Shown: in pieces, positions 1 to 7,401 of the stretch
Position numbering within the stretch: position 1 is the first letter of the stretch
Layout: every line of letters begins with the position of its first letter
From: a candidate division WOR-3 bacterium
GTDB taxonomy: Bacteria; Hydrothermota; Hydrothermia; LBFQ01; DSFT01
Assembly: GCA_965649115.1 (NCBI GenBank)
Contig: CBFGJN010000055.1
Location: 1 to 12,897, forward strand
Length of the DNA stretch: 12,897 bases
Reading direction: 5' to 3'
Translations under genes and position numbers: made by a program
Notes under the pieces: generated by a model
Told to the model about the DNA's origin: nothing
Database searches by the model: none
What the model saw: only the letters and a program-made list of their open reading frames with translations

Positions 1-140
1 TTGTTGATTTATTGGGGGGATTATTAGGGGGGCTCTGCCCCCCAAAGCAAAAAATGGGTATTTTAAAGCCGAAGGCTTTTATTTAGGGCGGGTGGGAAAA
101 TAAAGAAAAATAAATAATTCCAGAATTTTTGGACACAGCA
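1..140 (+). repeat. Intergenic modular repeat, copy 1 (left end may lie outside the window)
   Basis: Contains TTGATTTATTGGGGGG (4-19), hairpin GGGGGGC-TCT-GCCCCCC (27-43), hairpin AAAGCC-GAA-GGCTTT (65-79), AGGGCGGGTGGGAAAA (85-100) and end CAGAATTTTTGGACACAGCA (121-140). Positions 47-142 align by eye with 12344-12429, and 5-76 with 7272-7331. Confidence 0.9.
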
Positions 141-159
141 TTAAAAAATAATCAATCAA

Positions 160-171
160 CTTTAAAATTTT
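160..171 (+). promoter_or_regulatory. -10-like CTTTAAAATTTT motif upstream of nuoE
   Basis: TAAAAT at 163-168, 10 nt before ATG 179. The same motif recurs before other first-in-run genes. Confidence 0.55.
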
Positions 172-178
172 GAAACTT

Positions 179-679
179 ATGGAAAAAGAAAAACTTATAG
201 AGGAAATAAAAAATTTAAAACAGATTTATAATAAAGGAAATTCAATCATTATTCCCGCTCTTTGGAGAGCTCAGGAGATATATGGTTACTTATCAGATGA
301 GGCTCTTGAAATTATAGCAAATGAAATAAATAGTACAAAAGAAAAACTTCTTCAAGTTGCTACATTTTATCACTTTTTTCATACAAAACCTACTGGAAAA
401 TACCATATTCACATCTGTACCAATATATCTTGTATGTTGAATTCAGCATATGAAGTTGTTGAAACGTTAAGGAAAGAATTGGGTGTTGATGAAAATGAAA
501 TTACACCTGATGGTTTGTTTTCTTGGGAAGAAATTGAATGTATAGGTTTATGTGATAAACCTGTTGCAGGATTTATAAATCGTTATAGATTAACTAACTT
601 AAACCCAGAAAATATTAAGGAAGTTATAAAAGATCCACAAAAATTTGCTCCACAAAAGCCAATTATTGAATTAATTTAA
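179..679 (+). CDS. nuoE: NADH-quinone oxidoreductase subunit E / thioredoxin-like [2Fe-2S] subunit
   Basis: IIPALWRAQEIYGYL, VATFYHFF, P-G-YHIHICTNISC (Cx4C) and ECIGLC (Cx3C), T-DGLFS are NuoE family motifs. ATG 179 is preferred over TTG 170, which overlaps the -10-like motif. Confidence 0.9.
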   Translation: MEKEKLIEEIKNLKQIYNKGNSIIIPALWRAQEIYGYLSDEALEIIANEINSTKEKLLQVATFYHFFHTKPTGKYHIHICTNISCMLNSAYEVVETLRKELGVDENEITPDGLFSWEEIECIGLCDKPVAGFINRYRLTNLNPENIKEVIKDPQKFAPQKPIIELI

Positions 680-1789
680 ATGATATTCATATTATTTTTA
701 ACTGCATTTAATTTATTTCTTGGGTTTAGTTTGATATTTCCAATTTTCCCTTCCTTTGTAAAACAACTAAATGGAAGTCCTACTGATGTGGGTGCTCTTG
801 TTTCAATTCAGCCACTTATGCAATTTTTATTTTCACCATTTTGGGGAACATTATCAGATAGATTTGGACCAAAAAAATTTATTTTTATAGGTATGCTTGG
901 ATATGCTATTTCATTCTATTTAACAGCAATAGCAAATAATATACAATTTTTATATTTTGCAAGAATTTTTGGAGGAATTTTATCATCTGCTGCTATACCA
1001 ACAATTTTTTCTTATTCCTCTTATATTTCAACAAATGAAAATAGGAATATCTATCTTGGGATAGTAGGTGGTGGTTTTGGACTGGGGCTTATTATTGGTC
1101 CGTTTATTGGAGGAATTTTAGGAATTTTTAATATAAGACTTGTCTTCCTTACTTCATTTTTTATTTTCTTAATAAATTCATTGCTTGTTTTGATGCTTTT
1201 GAAGGATATAAGAGTTCAAAAAATTCAAGAATCTAATAACAAAGTTAAACTAATTAATAGATATATAATTTTTGCACTTTTTGTCAATTTTGTTATTTTA
1301 TTCTGTGCAACGAATATGCAGATTGTTTTGGGAATTCTATTAAACTATAAATTCCATTTAGATGTTCTTAAAATTGGTTTAATTATTGGGATTGGAGGAA
1401 TTTTTGGTGCTATTTCTCAATTGTCTTTAAAGTTTCTTTTAAATTTATTTTCTGAAAAATTTTTAATTGTAATGAGTATATTTCTTTTATCAATAAGTAT
1501 GCTTTTTGTTCCATTTATAAATAATCCAAGTTTGCTATTCATTATAATGATGCTTTACGGTTTGGGATTTGGAATTTCTCAACCTAATATAACTGCAAGA
1601 ACAAGCAAAAAAATTCCAAATGAATATCAGGGTCAATTTATGGGTTTATTTCAATCATCTGGGTCACTTGGTAGATTTTTAGGTCCAATTTTATGTTCAT
1701 TACTATATCAGATTAATCCAAATTTACCTTACTTTTTGGGTGGATTTATTTTGATTGTTGTTTTATTATTTTCAATTTTATGGCTTTAA
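680..1789 (+). CDS. MFS transporter, DHA1/TetA-like drug:H+ antiporter family
   Basis: About 12 hydrophobic segments. Motif A GTLSDRFGPKK, ARIFGG, motif C-like GFGLGLIIGPFIGG, C-terminal QGQFMG...GRFLGP. Confidence 0.9.
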   Translation: MIFILFLTAFNLFLGFSLIFPIFPSFVKQLNGSPTDVGALVSIQPLMQFLFSPFWGTLSDRFGPKKFIFIGMLGYAISFYLTAIANNIQFLYFARIFGGILSSAAIPTIFSYSSYISTNENRNIYLGIVGGGFGLGLIIGPFIGGILGIFNIRLVFLTSFFIFLINSLLVLMLLKDIRVQKIQESNNKVKLINRYIIFALFVNFVILFCATNMQIVLGILLNYKFHLDVLKIGLIIGIGGIFGAISQLSLKFLLNLFSEKFLIVMSIFLLSISMLFVPFINNPSLLFIIMMLYGLGFGISQPNITARTSKKIPNEYQGQFMGLFQSSGSLGRFLGPILCSLLYQINPNLPYFLGGFILIVVLLFSILWL

Positions 1790-2184
1790 TACTTGGTATT
1801 TTTTTTAGCTATTTTTATAGTGTTTTTTACTATGTGATACCAATAAATTTAAATTCCATTTTTATTTTATATTCGCTTAAAAAATATCGTCTTAATGTAG
1901 TTTTGATATTTTCTTTAATTTTTGGTATTCTTTCAGATTTAATTTATCCAAATAAAGTTTGGATTTCGCCTATATTTTACATTATTTTATCCTACTTGAT
2001 AAGTTTTTTCAAAGGAGAATTTGTTTTGATTTTTTTAGGTTTTATTATATGGCTTGTTGGTTATGAAGCTTTTAAGTTTTTTCTTGATTTTAAAACACCT
2101 TTTCCTATATTAATTTTAAGAATTTTTTTAACATCTATAATTTTTTTTGTAGTTTCAAGAGAAAACTTAAATATAGGAAAATAA
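1780..2184 (+). CDS. Small integral membrane protein, possibly MreD-like
   Basis: 134 aa, 4-5 hydrophobic segments, FGILSDL resembles the MreD G-x-x-x-D motif. No mreBC next to it. Confidence 0.5.
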   Translation: MALILGIFFSYFYSVFYYVIPINLNSIFILYSLKKYRLNVVLIFSLIFGILSDLIYPNKVWISPIFYIILSYLISFFKGEFVLIFLGFIIWLVGYEAFKFFLDFKTPFPILILRIFLTSIIFFVVSRENLNIGK

Positions 2185-2390
2185 AAGCCTTATTTTTAAG
2201 GTGAGTGGAAGAAATAAGAAAAGGCTTATATTCAGGGTAGTATGGGGTTTTTAAAAGCTGTAGGCTTGTTTTGTAGGGTGGGTGGAAAGAGCACTTTGTC
2301 CTGATTAAACCTATTGATTTTATTGGGGGTTTATTGAAAGGGGACTACGCTATTTATAAGGTGTAGCCTTAATTATAGGGTGGGTGGGGA
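2185..2390 (+). repeat. Intergenic modular repeat, copy 2 (internally reiterated modules)
   Basis: Four G(G/C)CTT-N6-8-(A/G)GGT(G/A).. units starting at about 2187, 2223, 2263 and 2366. Hairpins AAGCT-GTA-GGCTT (2255-2267) and TAAGGT-GTA-GCCTTA (2357-2371). TTGATTTTATTGGGGG at 2314-2329. Confidence 0.8.
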
Positions 2391-2424
2391 TACGATATTT
2401 AAAAACTTTTTAAGACTTTCTTTG

Positions 2425-2436
2425 TTTTAAAATTTT
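2425..2436 (+). promoter_or_regulatory. -10-like TTTTAAAATTTT motif upstream of the HU-like leader
   Basis: TAAAAT at 2428-2433, followed by a small stem (CACTG 2438-2442 / CAGTG 2454-2458) and AAGGAAG before ATG 2500. Confidence 0.45.
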
Positions 2437-2499
2437 CACACTGGATGTCAGGGCAGTGGAAGGGAAAAGGAAAAAAAACCTAAAAAGGAAGTTTGATCT

Positions 2500-3135
2500 A
2501 TGAACAAGGCACAACTTATAAACGAGGTAGCAAAAAGATCAGGGATAACCAAGAAAGATGCAAAAGCTGCTGTTGGTGCCGTATTTTCAGCAATAAAGGA
2601 TGCTCTTGCAAAAGGTCAAATTATTTCATTCAATATAATTTTTTTGCTTCTGATATTGTTTTCATGTACTAATAAAACTACTGAACCCACTTTGAATAAT
2701 AAGGGAAATGTTGAAGTTGACTCGGAAACAGCACTAATCTATGAAGGTTTAATATCAATTGAAAAAGAAATTTTAAAACATGAAAATAAGGACCTATTTA
2801 CTATTGCTAAAAATAACGAGTCTTATACGCTTGCTTTTATCTCAAAAAACAAAATTTACAATTATCAGTTTTCAACATTTTTGAATAATGTATCTTGTAA
2901 AGTTAAAGAGATAAATAATTTCAGAATTTTAAAAAAGGGGGATAATTCTTATAATATTATTATTTACAAAGAAGGTGATGGAAAGGATTGTTCCCAGTGT
3001 TATCCTTATATTTGGTCATGTTGTAGTTATTCCAAAGACCCCTGTTTTCATTGGATAACCTGTCCACTTGTAGGTTGCACAAGTGGAGCTTGTTATTACG
3101 ATTGCACCTGTCCTCCACTTGATCCAAACGATTAA
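2500..3135 (+). CDS. Chimeric ORF: N-terminal 40 aa of HU fused to a lipobox-containing protein with a Cys-rich C-terminus
   Basis: MNKAQLINEVAKRSGITKKDAKAAVGAVFSAIKDALAKG matches HU helices 1-2. The GFGTF/GRNP arm is absent. It is followed by IIFLLLILFSC (hydrophobic stretch plus lipobox-like Cys) and 10 Cys in the last 49 aa. Confidence 0.7.
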   Translation: MNKAQLINEVAKRSGITKKDAKAAVGAVFSAIKDALAKGQIISFNIIFLLLILFSCTNKTTEPTLNNKGNVEVDSETALIYEGLISIEKEILKHENKDLFTIAKNNESYTLAFISKNKIYNYQFSTFLNNVSCKVKEINNFRILKKGDNSYNIIIYKEGDGKDCSQCYPYIWSCCSYSKDPCFHWITCPLVGCTSGACYYDCTCPPLDPND

Positions 3136-3160
3136 ATTTTGTCTTTTTTATTATTTCATT

Positions 3161-3265
3161 AAAGGGGATGTCAATTTTTTGGGTGGGGAAATATAATAAA
3201 ATTATGGTATCAACAATAATTTATGAACTTTTAATGTACTTCTTGATTTTAGTGAGGGTATTTTA
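3161..3265 (+). repeat. Degenerate intergenic repeat, copy 3
   Basis: AAAGGGGA (3161), GGGTGGGGAAA (3181-3191), AATTATGGTATCAACA (3200-3215, resembles the end module) and TTGATTTTAGTGAGGGTATTTTA (3243-3265). Confidence 0.5.
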
Positions 3266-3270
3266 TTGTG

Positions 3271-3282
3271 CTTTAAAATTTT
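3271..3282 (+). promoter_or_regulatory. -10-like CTTTAAAATTTT motif; probable leaderless promoter
   Basis: TAAAAT at 3274-3279, 7 nt before in-frame ATG 3287. No SD. Confidence 0.6.
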
Positions 3283-3286
3283 CATT

Positions 3287-3508
3287 ATGACACCAAGATA
3301 TGCGATTTTAACTTGCCCTGTATGTTGGAATGAAGTTGATTTAAATGATGACACAATAACATATAACTTCAATGAATATATATTTACATTCTGCTCTGAG
3401 AATTGCTATAATAAGTTTAATGAAGAACCCAATTATTACATAGAAATTATGCTTTCTTCTATAAATCATAAATGCTCTTGTGGTGGAAATTGTTGCTGTA
3501 ATGAATGA
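3287..3508 (+). CDS. YHS/TRASH metal-binding domain protein with a Cys-rich tail
   Basis: CPVC...FTFCSENC...F..EP..Y is the YHS/TRASH pattern. Tail HKCSCGGNCCCNE. Start moved from TTG 3266 to ATG 3287. Confidence 0.8.
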   Translation: MTPRYAILTCPVCWNEVDLNDDTITYNFNEYIFTFCSENCYNKFNEEPNYYIEIMLSSINHKCSCGGNCCCNE

Positions 3509-4389
3509 TATATTATTTTTCAAGTGGTGAATTTGGGAGTTTAGTTTTTTTAGAGATTTTAAAACTAATAGAAATAAGAAAAGTTATAACAATCCCTAAT
3601 AGACCAAAGGGTAGAGGTTTAAAATTTCAAGAACCTTTAATAAAGCGATTAGCATTAGAAAATGATGTTGAAGTTATACAAGTTGAAAATCCAGAAGATT
3701 TGGTATTTGATGAAAGACCTGACTTTATAGTAGTTTGTGATTATGGTAAAATTCTAAAAGAAAAAACATTAAAACTTCCAAAAATTGCTCCATTAAATAT
3801 TCATCCTTCTTTACTTCCAAAATATAGAGGTGCTGCTCCTATTGAGAGAGCAATGATGGAAGGTGATGAAATTGGTGTAAGTATTATTTTAATGAATGAA
3901 AGAATTGATGAAGGAAAAATTATTAGACAAGAAAGAGTAAATTATTCTATTGAAATGACAAAGGGTGATTTATATCCTATATTGGCGCAATTAAGTGCAA
4001 AATTGCTTAAATTATCTATTGAAGATTTTATAAACAATAATGTTAGCTTGGTGGAGCAGATTGGACAACCAACTTATGCTAAAAAAATAAAGAAAGAAGA
4101 GCTATTTTTAGATTTTAATGAAAATTATTTAAAAATTGTAAGAAAGATAAATGCTTTATCTCCAAAGCCAACAGCAAGAGCAATTATAAAAAATTTATAT
4201 TTAAAATTTTATAGAGCCATTCCTTGTGAAATGAAATTAAAACCCTACGAAATTTATATAAATAAAGAAGAATTTATTATTGGTGCATTAGATGGTTCTG
4301 TGAAAATTTTAGAAATTCAACCTGAAAATTCAAAAATTATGAAAGCAAAAGATTTTATAAATGGTTATGCAAAATTAATTCTTGCCTAA
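3505..4389 (+). CDS. fmt: Methionyl-tRNA formyltransferase
   Basis: P-RPKGRG, NIHPSLLPKYRGAAPI, TYAKKIKKEE, RKINALSP-P, EIQPE..K.M.A.DF.NG. Confidence 0.95.
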   Translation: MIYYFSSGEFGSLVFLEILKLIEIRKVITIPNRPKGRGLKFQEPLIKRLALENDVEVIQVENPEDLVFDERPDFIVVCDYGKILKEKTLKLPKIAPLNIHPSLLPKYRGAAPIERAMMEGDEIGVSIILMNERIDEGKIIRQERVNYSIEMTKGDLYPILAQLSAKLLKLSIEDFINNNVSLVEQIGQPTYAKKIKKEELFLDFNENYLKIVRKINALSPKPTARAIIKNLYLKFYRAIPCEMKLKPYEIYINKEEFIIGALDGSVKILEIQPENSKIMKAKDFINGYAKLILA

Positions 4390-5665
4390 TTTTTAGGAGT
4401 TTATTGCTTATTTCAATTGGATATTCTATTTGTGATTTATTTATAGTCTTTAAATAATCTGGAAGTGTTGATAAATTCTCTTTAAAGAATTTCCTTGAAT
4501 TTTCAATTTCTTCATGCTCTAAAACTTTACCATTTTCTATATATTTTTTTAGAAGTGGAACACCTTCGCATTTCTCATCTTCAAGTGCAATAATATCTTT
4601 TACCATTATTCCATTTTTATAAATTCTATAAACTTGTTTTTTACCAGGTAGGGTTATCTTATTTGGTGAAGTTTTTATTTTAAAACCATATTCATCCTCA
4701 ACAAGTTTATAAACTCCGTTTAAATATGGGGCATCTGAACTTGTTCCCATTTTTGTTCCAATACCAAAAGCATCTGCTACTGCCCCCTTCTTCAAAATTT
4801 CATCAATTACATATTCGTCTAAATCTCCTGATAAAAAAATTTTTATATCAAAGCCTTCATTTTTAAACATTTGTTTGACTTTTTTACTTAATTCAACTAA
4901 ATCTCCACTATCTATTCTAACACCTTTAATTTTATAACCTTCTTTAAGTAATTTTATAACTTTCTTTGCTCCTTCAATAGTATCATAAGTATCAATTAGT
5001 AAAACTGGTTCCTTAAAACACTTTAAAAATTCTTTAAAAGCAGTTTCTTCATCGCCAAAGCTCATTATATATGAATGAGCCATAGTTCCATAAACAGGGA
5101 TATTATAAATTTTCCCTGCTAATACATTTGATGTTCCAATAAAATTACAAATATAACTAACTTTTGCTACTTTTAAAGCACTATCAATTCCATGGTCTCT
5201 TCTTGGTGAAAAATCAATACAAGGAATTCCTCTACTTGAAATTATAATTCTTGCACATTTACTTGCTATCATAGATTGGAAGTTAAATTGATTTAAAATG
5301 ATGGTTTCTAGTAATTGAGCTGATATTCTATCAGCAGTTATTCTTATGACAGGTTCATTAGGAAAGTAAATTTGACCTGAAGGAATTGCCCAAACATCCC
5401 CTTTAAATTTAAAATTTTTCAAATAGTCAAGAAAATCATCGGAAAATAATTTCAAGCTCTTTAAATACTTTATATCGTCTTCGCTAAAATGAAACTCAGA
5501 AATAATTTTTATTATATCATCAATTCCAGCACTAACAAGGAAATTTCTATTATTTGGTAAATTCCTAATAAATAATTCAAATGTTGAAATTTCATTTCTA
5601 TTTGATTTAAAATAACTATATGCCATCGTCAATTCGTATAAATCTGTCAAAAGTGATATATTCAT
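4355..5665 (-). CDS. pncB: Nicotinate phosphoribosyltransferase
   Basis: LLTDLYELTM, AQLLET, DF-PRR-HG, GTSNV-AG, GTMAHSY (phospho-His), LIDTYD, GVRIDSGD, FGIGT, VYKLVE, K.TLPGKKQVYR. Confidence 0.95.
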   Translation of the reverse strand: MNISLLTDLYELTMAYSYFKSNRNEISTFELFIRNLPNNRNFLVSAGIDDIIKIISEFHFSEDDIKYLKSLKLFSDDFLDYLKNFKFKGDVWAIPSGQIYFPNEPVIRITADRISAQLLETIILNQFNFQSMIASKCARIIISSRGIPCIDFSPRRDHGIDSALKVAKVSYICNFIGTSNVLAGKIYNIPVYGTMAHSYIMSFGDEETAFKEFLKCFKEPVLLIDTYDTIEGAKKVIKLLKEGYKIKGVRIDSGDLVELSKKVKQMFKNEGFDIKIFLSGDLDEYVIDEILKKGAVADAFGIGTKMGTSSDAPYLNGVYKLVEDEYGFKIKTSPNKITLPGKKQVYRIYKNGIMVKDIIALEDEKCEGVPLLKKYIENGKVLEHEEIENSRKFFKENLSTLPDYLKTINKSQIEYPIEISNKLLKIRQELILHNHL

Positions 5666-5670
5666 ACTAT

Positions 5671-5684
5671 TTAAAATTTTAAGG
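5671..5684 (-). promoter_or_regulatory. -10-like CCTTAAAATTTTAA motif upstream of pncB
   Basis: Minus-strand TAAAAT (5681-5676), 10 nt before ATG 5665. No SD. Confidence 0.55.
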
Positions 5685-5695
5685 CAATTTTTTAA

Positions 5696-5759
5696 TGTTG
5701 TGTTCCATAATTCTGAAAATATCTATTTTTCTAAATTTTGCCTATAATAAAATCAACAA
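5696..5759 (-). repeat. Internally deleted intergenic repeat, copy 4 (inverted)
   Basis: The minus strand reads TTGTTGATTTTATT...AAAAATAGATATTTTCAGAATTATGGAACACAACA, matching copy 1 at 1-13 and 106-140. Confidence 0.75.
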
Positions 5760-5788
5760 ATTTTTTAATAGTCCTTATTTTGTTTAAA

Positions 5789-5811
5789 CTTTAAAATTTC
5801 AGGGGGGGTGA
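5789..5811 (+). promoter_or_regulatory. -10-like CTTTAAAATTT motif and G-rich SD-like site upstream of the secreted-protein gene
   Basis: TAAAAT at 5792-5797 and GGGGGGGTGA at 5802-5811, before ATG 5816. Confidence 0.5.
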
Positions 5812-5815
5812 GAGT

Positions 5816-7271
5816 ATGTTAAGGTTATTAACAACAATAACCTTTTTTATAAGCATAGCATATGCTCAGATAAGTAAAATTGTTTGGATGAATTATAGTG
5901 CAACAGGATGTATAACCTGTCATAAGATAGCATCTGTTAAAATGAACGATACTCTATATATCTTTGGAACATTTCATTATAATAATAAATTAAATCCTTT
6001 CCTTATTGCTGTTGATAGTTTATTAAATATCAAATGGTATAAGGCTTTTAGTCATAATTTGGATAATTTGGCAATTGATAAAATGGTAAAAATTAACGAT
6101 AGCTTAATTGCTATAAGTGGAGGACATACTTATGCTAATGGTCAATGTCCAAATACAAACTGTACATTTTTTGGAATTTTTAATATAAAAAGTCAAAATT
6201 TTGTTTGGGCAAAATATAGGCAATCTGGTGGGTTCCTCTCTGCAACTGCTATTGATTTTGATGGAAATAATTTAATAATTGGAGCACAAAGTGCGATAAA
6301 TAATGGAGGTTCATGGCTAATTAAAGTAGATTTAAGTGGCAATGTCCTATGGCAAAAAATTATAGATATATGAGGAACAGGCTATAATGTAATGGATGTA
6401 GTTTTTGATGGAAGTAATTGGGAATTTAATATGGGCTAAAAATTACGATTTTGGAGCTTATGACCTTGCTTATAAACTACTAAAAGACATTGACGGATAT
6501 AATGATGATATTCTTGTTTTTAAGACTGATTTTAATGGAAATATCTTATGGTCAAAGTTATATTCTTCAAATGTTGCTGGATGGGCTAGTGAGGATAGAG
6601 CTTATAACATAGCATTTGATTATGATGGGAATTATCTTGTTAGTGGTTTTATAAGGGCAAGTTCAAGTTCATCTTATCCAATTGTTTTAAAAATAAATAG
6701 AAATAATGGAAATTTAATATGGGCAAGGGCTTGGACAACACCACCACCGAATACATCTTCAAATGAAGCAAAAGGCATAATATCCATTGGACAAGGAAAA
6801 TTCTATTTATTAACATTTATTGGAAGTGGAATTGATGCTAGTGGAGGATTTGCAATTATTAGAGAAGATACAAATCCAAACTTGGTAGGCCATTGTACTG
6901 AGACAATAAATTTAACTGTTAATTCGTTTACACCAACAGTGGTTAATGAAACTCCAACAATTACAAATGCAAACTATACTTTATATGATTTATCACTTAC
7001 ACCTTATAATCCTTCAATAAATCAAACTTCAAGTTGTCAAATAACCCCAATTTCCAACTATGAATTTTATAAATCTTGTTCTTTTGAAATTAGAGCTAAT
7101 AGAGGTTATATTGATATAAAACTTAAAGAAAGAAATAGTGTTATTATTTATGACATAATTGGAAATGTTGTTTATAGTGAATTTTTTGAAGGTGAAAGGA
7201 AAGTTAAGGTAAAGAATGGGATTTATATTATTAAGGTTGGAAAAGAAAAGGTAAAAATTATTGTAAAATAG
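5816..7271 (+). pseudogene. Disrupted secreted beta-propeller protein with a T9SS type A-like C-terminal sorting domain (ORFs 5816-6373 and 6405-7271)
   Basis: Sec signal peptide ending AYA|Q. Repeated K.D..GN..W blades in both halves. C-terminus IIYDIIGNVV...GIYIIKV...KIIVK. Internal TGA at 6371 and a frame change near 6419. Confidence 0.75.
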
Positions 7272-7372
7272 TGATTTTATTGGGGGCAAAGCCCCCCAAT
7301 GCCGAGAAACGGGCATTTTAAAGCGGAAGGCGTAATTTATAGTTTTAAAATTATTGGACAAGGCAAAGAGCA
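7272..7372 (+). repeat. Intergenic modular repeat, copy 5
   Basis: TGATTTTATTGGGGGC-AAA-GCCCCCCAATGCCGAGAAACGGGCATTTTAAAGCGGAAGGC aligns with copy 1 positions 5-76. End module AATTATTGGACA at 7349-7360. Confidence 0.85.
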
Positions 7373-7384
7373 TTATTTTTTGTC

Positions 7385-7396
7385 CTTTAAAATTTT
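7385..7396 (+). promoter_or_regulatory. -10-like CTTTAAAATTTT motif upstream of ccmE
   Basis: TAAAAT at 7388-7393, 8 nt before in-frame TTG 7402. Confidence 0.55.
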
Positions 7397-7401
7397 CAAA
7401 C

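Noticed and set aside
2276..2389. KOPS or Chi sites
   Set aside because: The G-tracts match neither GGGNAGGG nor GCTGGTGG, and they occur only inside the repeat rather than throughout genes.
2185..2390. CRISPR array or integron attC interpretation of the reiterated units
   Set aside because: Units are divergent and irregularly spaced with no unique spacers. There are no cas or integrase genes and no attC-type long palindrome, and the flanking genes are housekeeping operons.
3341..3523. 60-aa minus-strand ORF
   Set aside because: Antisense shadow of the YHS gene and the fmt start; no recognisable motif.
6371..6373. TGA as selenocysteine or a recoded codon
   Set aside because: TGA is a real stop at 3508, 8044, 8313 and 11399. 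Read-through would still stop at 6437 without a frameshift, and there is no redox-motif context.
7279..7300. G/C hairpins here and at 27-43 as intrinsic terminators
   Set aside because: No U-tract follows on either strand, so they are treated as repeat modules. The 65-79 hairpin has a T-rich tail but only a 3-bp GC core, so it was not called either.
7254..7356. AAAATTATTG direct repeat (7254-7263, 7347-7356) as a target-site duplication
   Set aside because: The second copy is part of conserved module E, so it is inside the element, and the first is coding sequence; likely a chance AT-rich match.
7029..7373. 114-aa minus-strand ORF
   Set aside because: Antisense to the T9SS-like C-terminal domain and runs through the repeat; no transposase-like or other motif.
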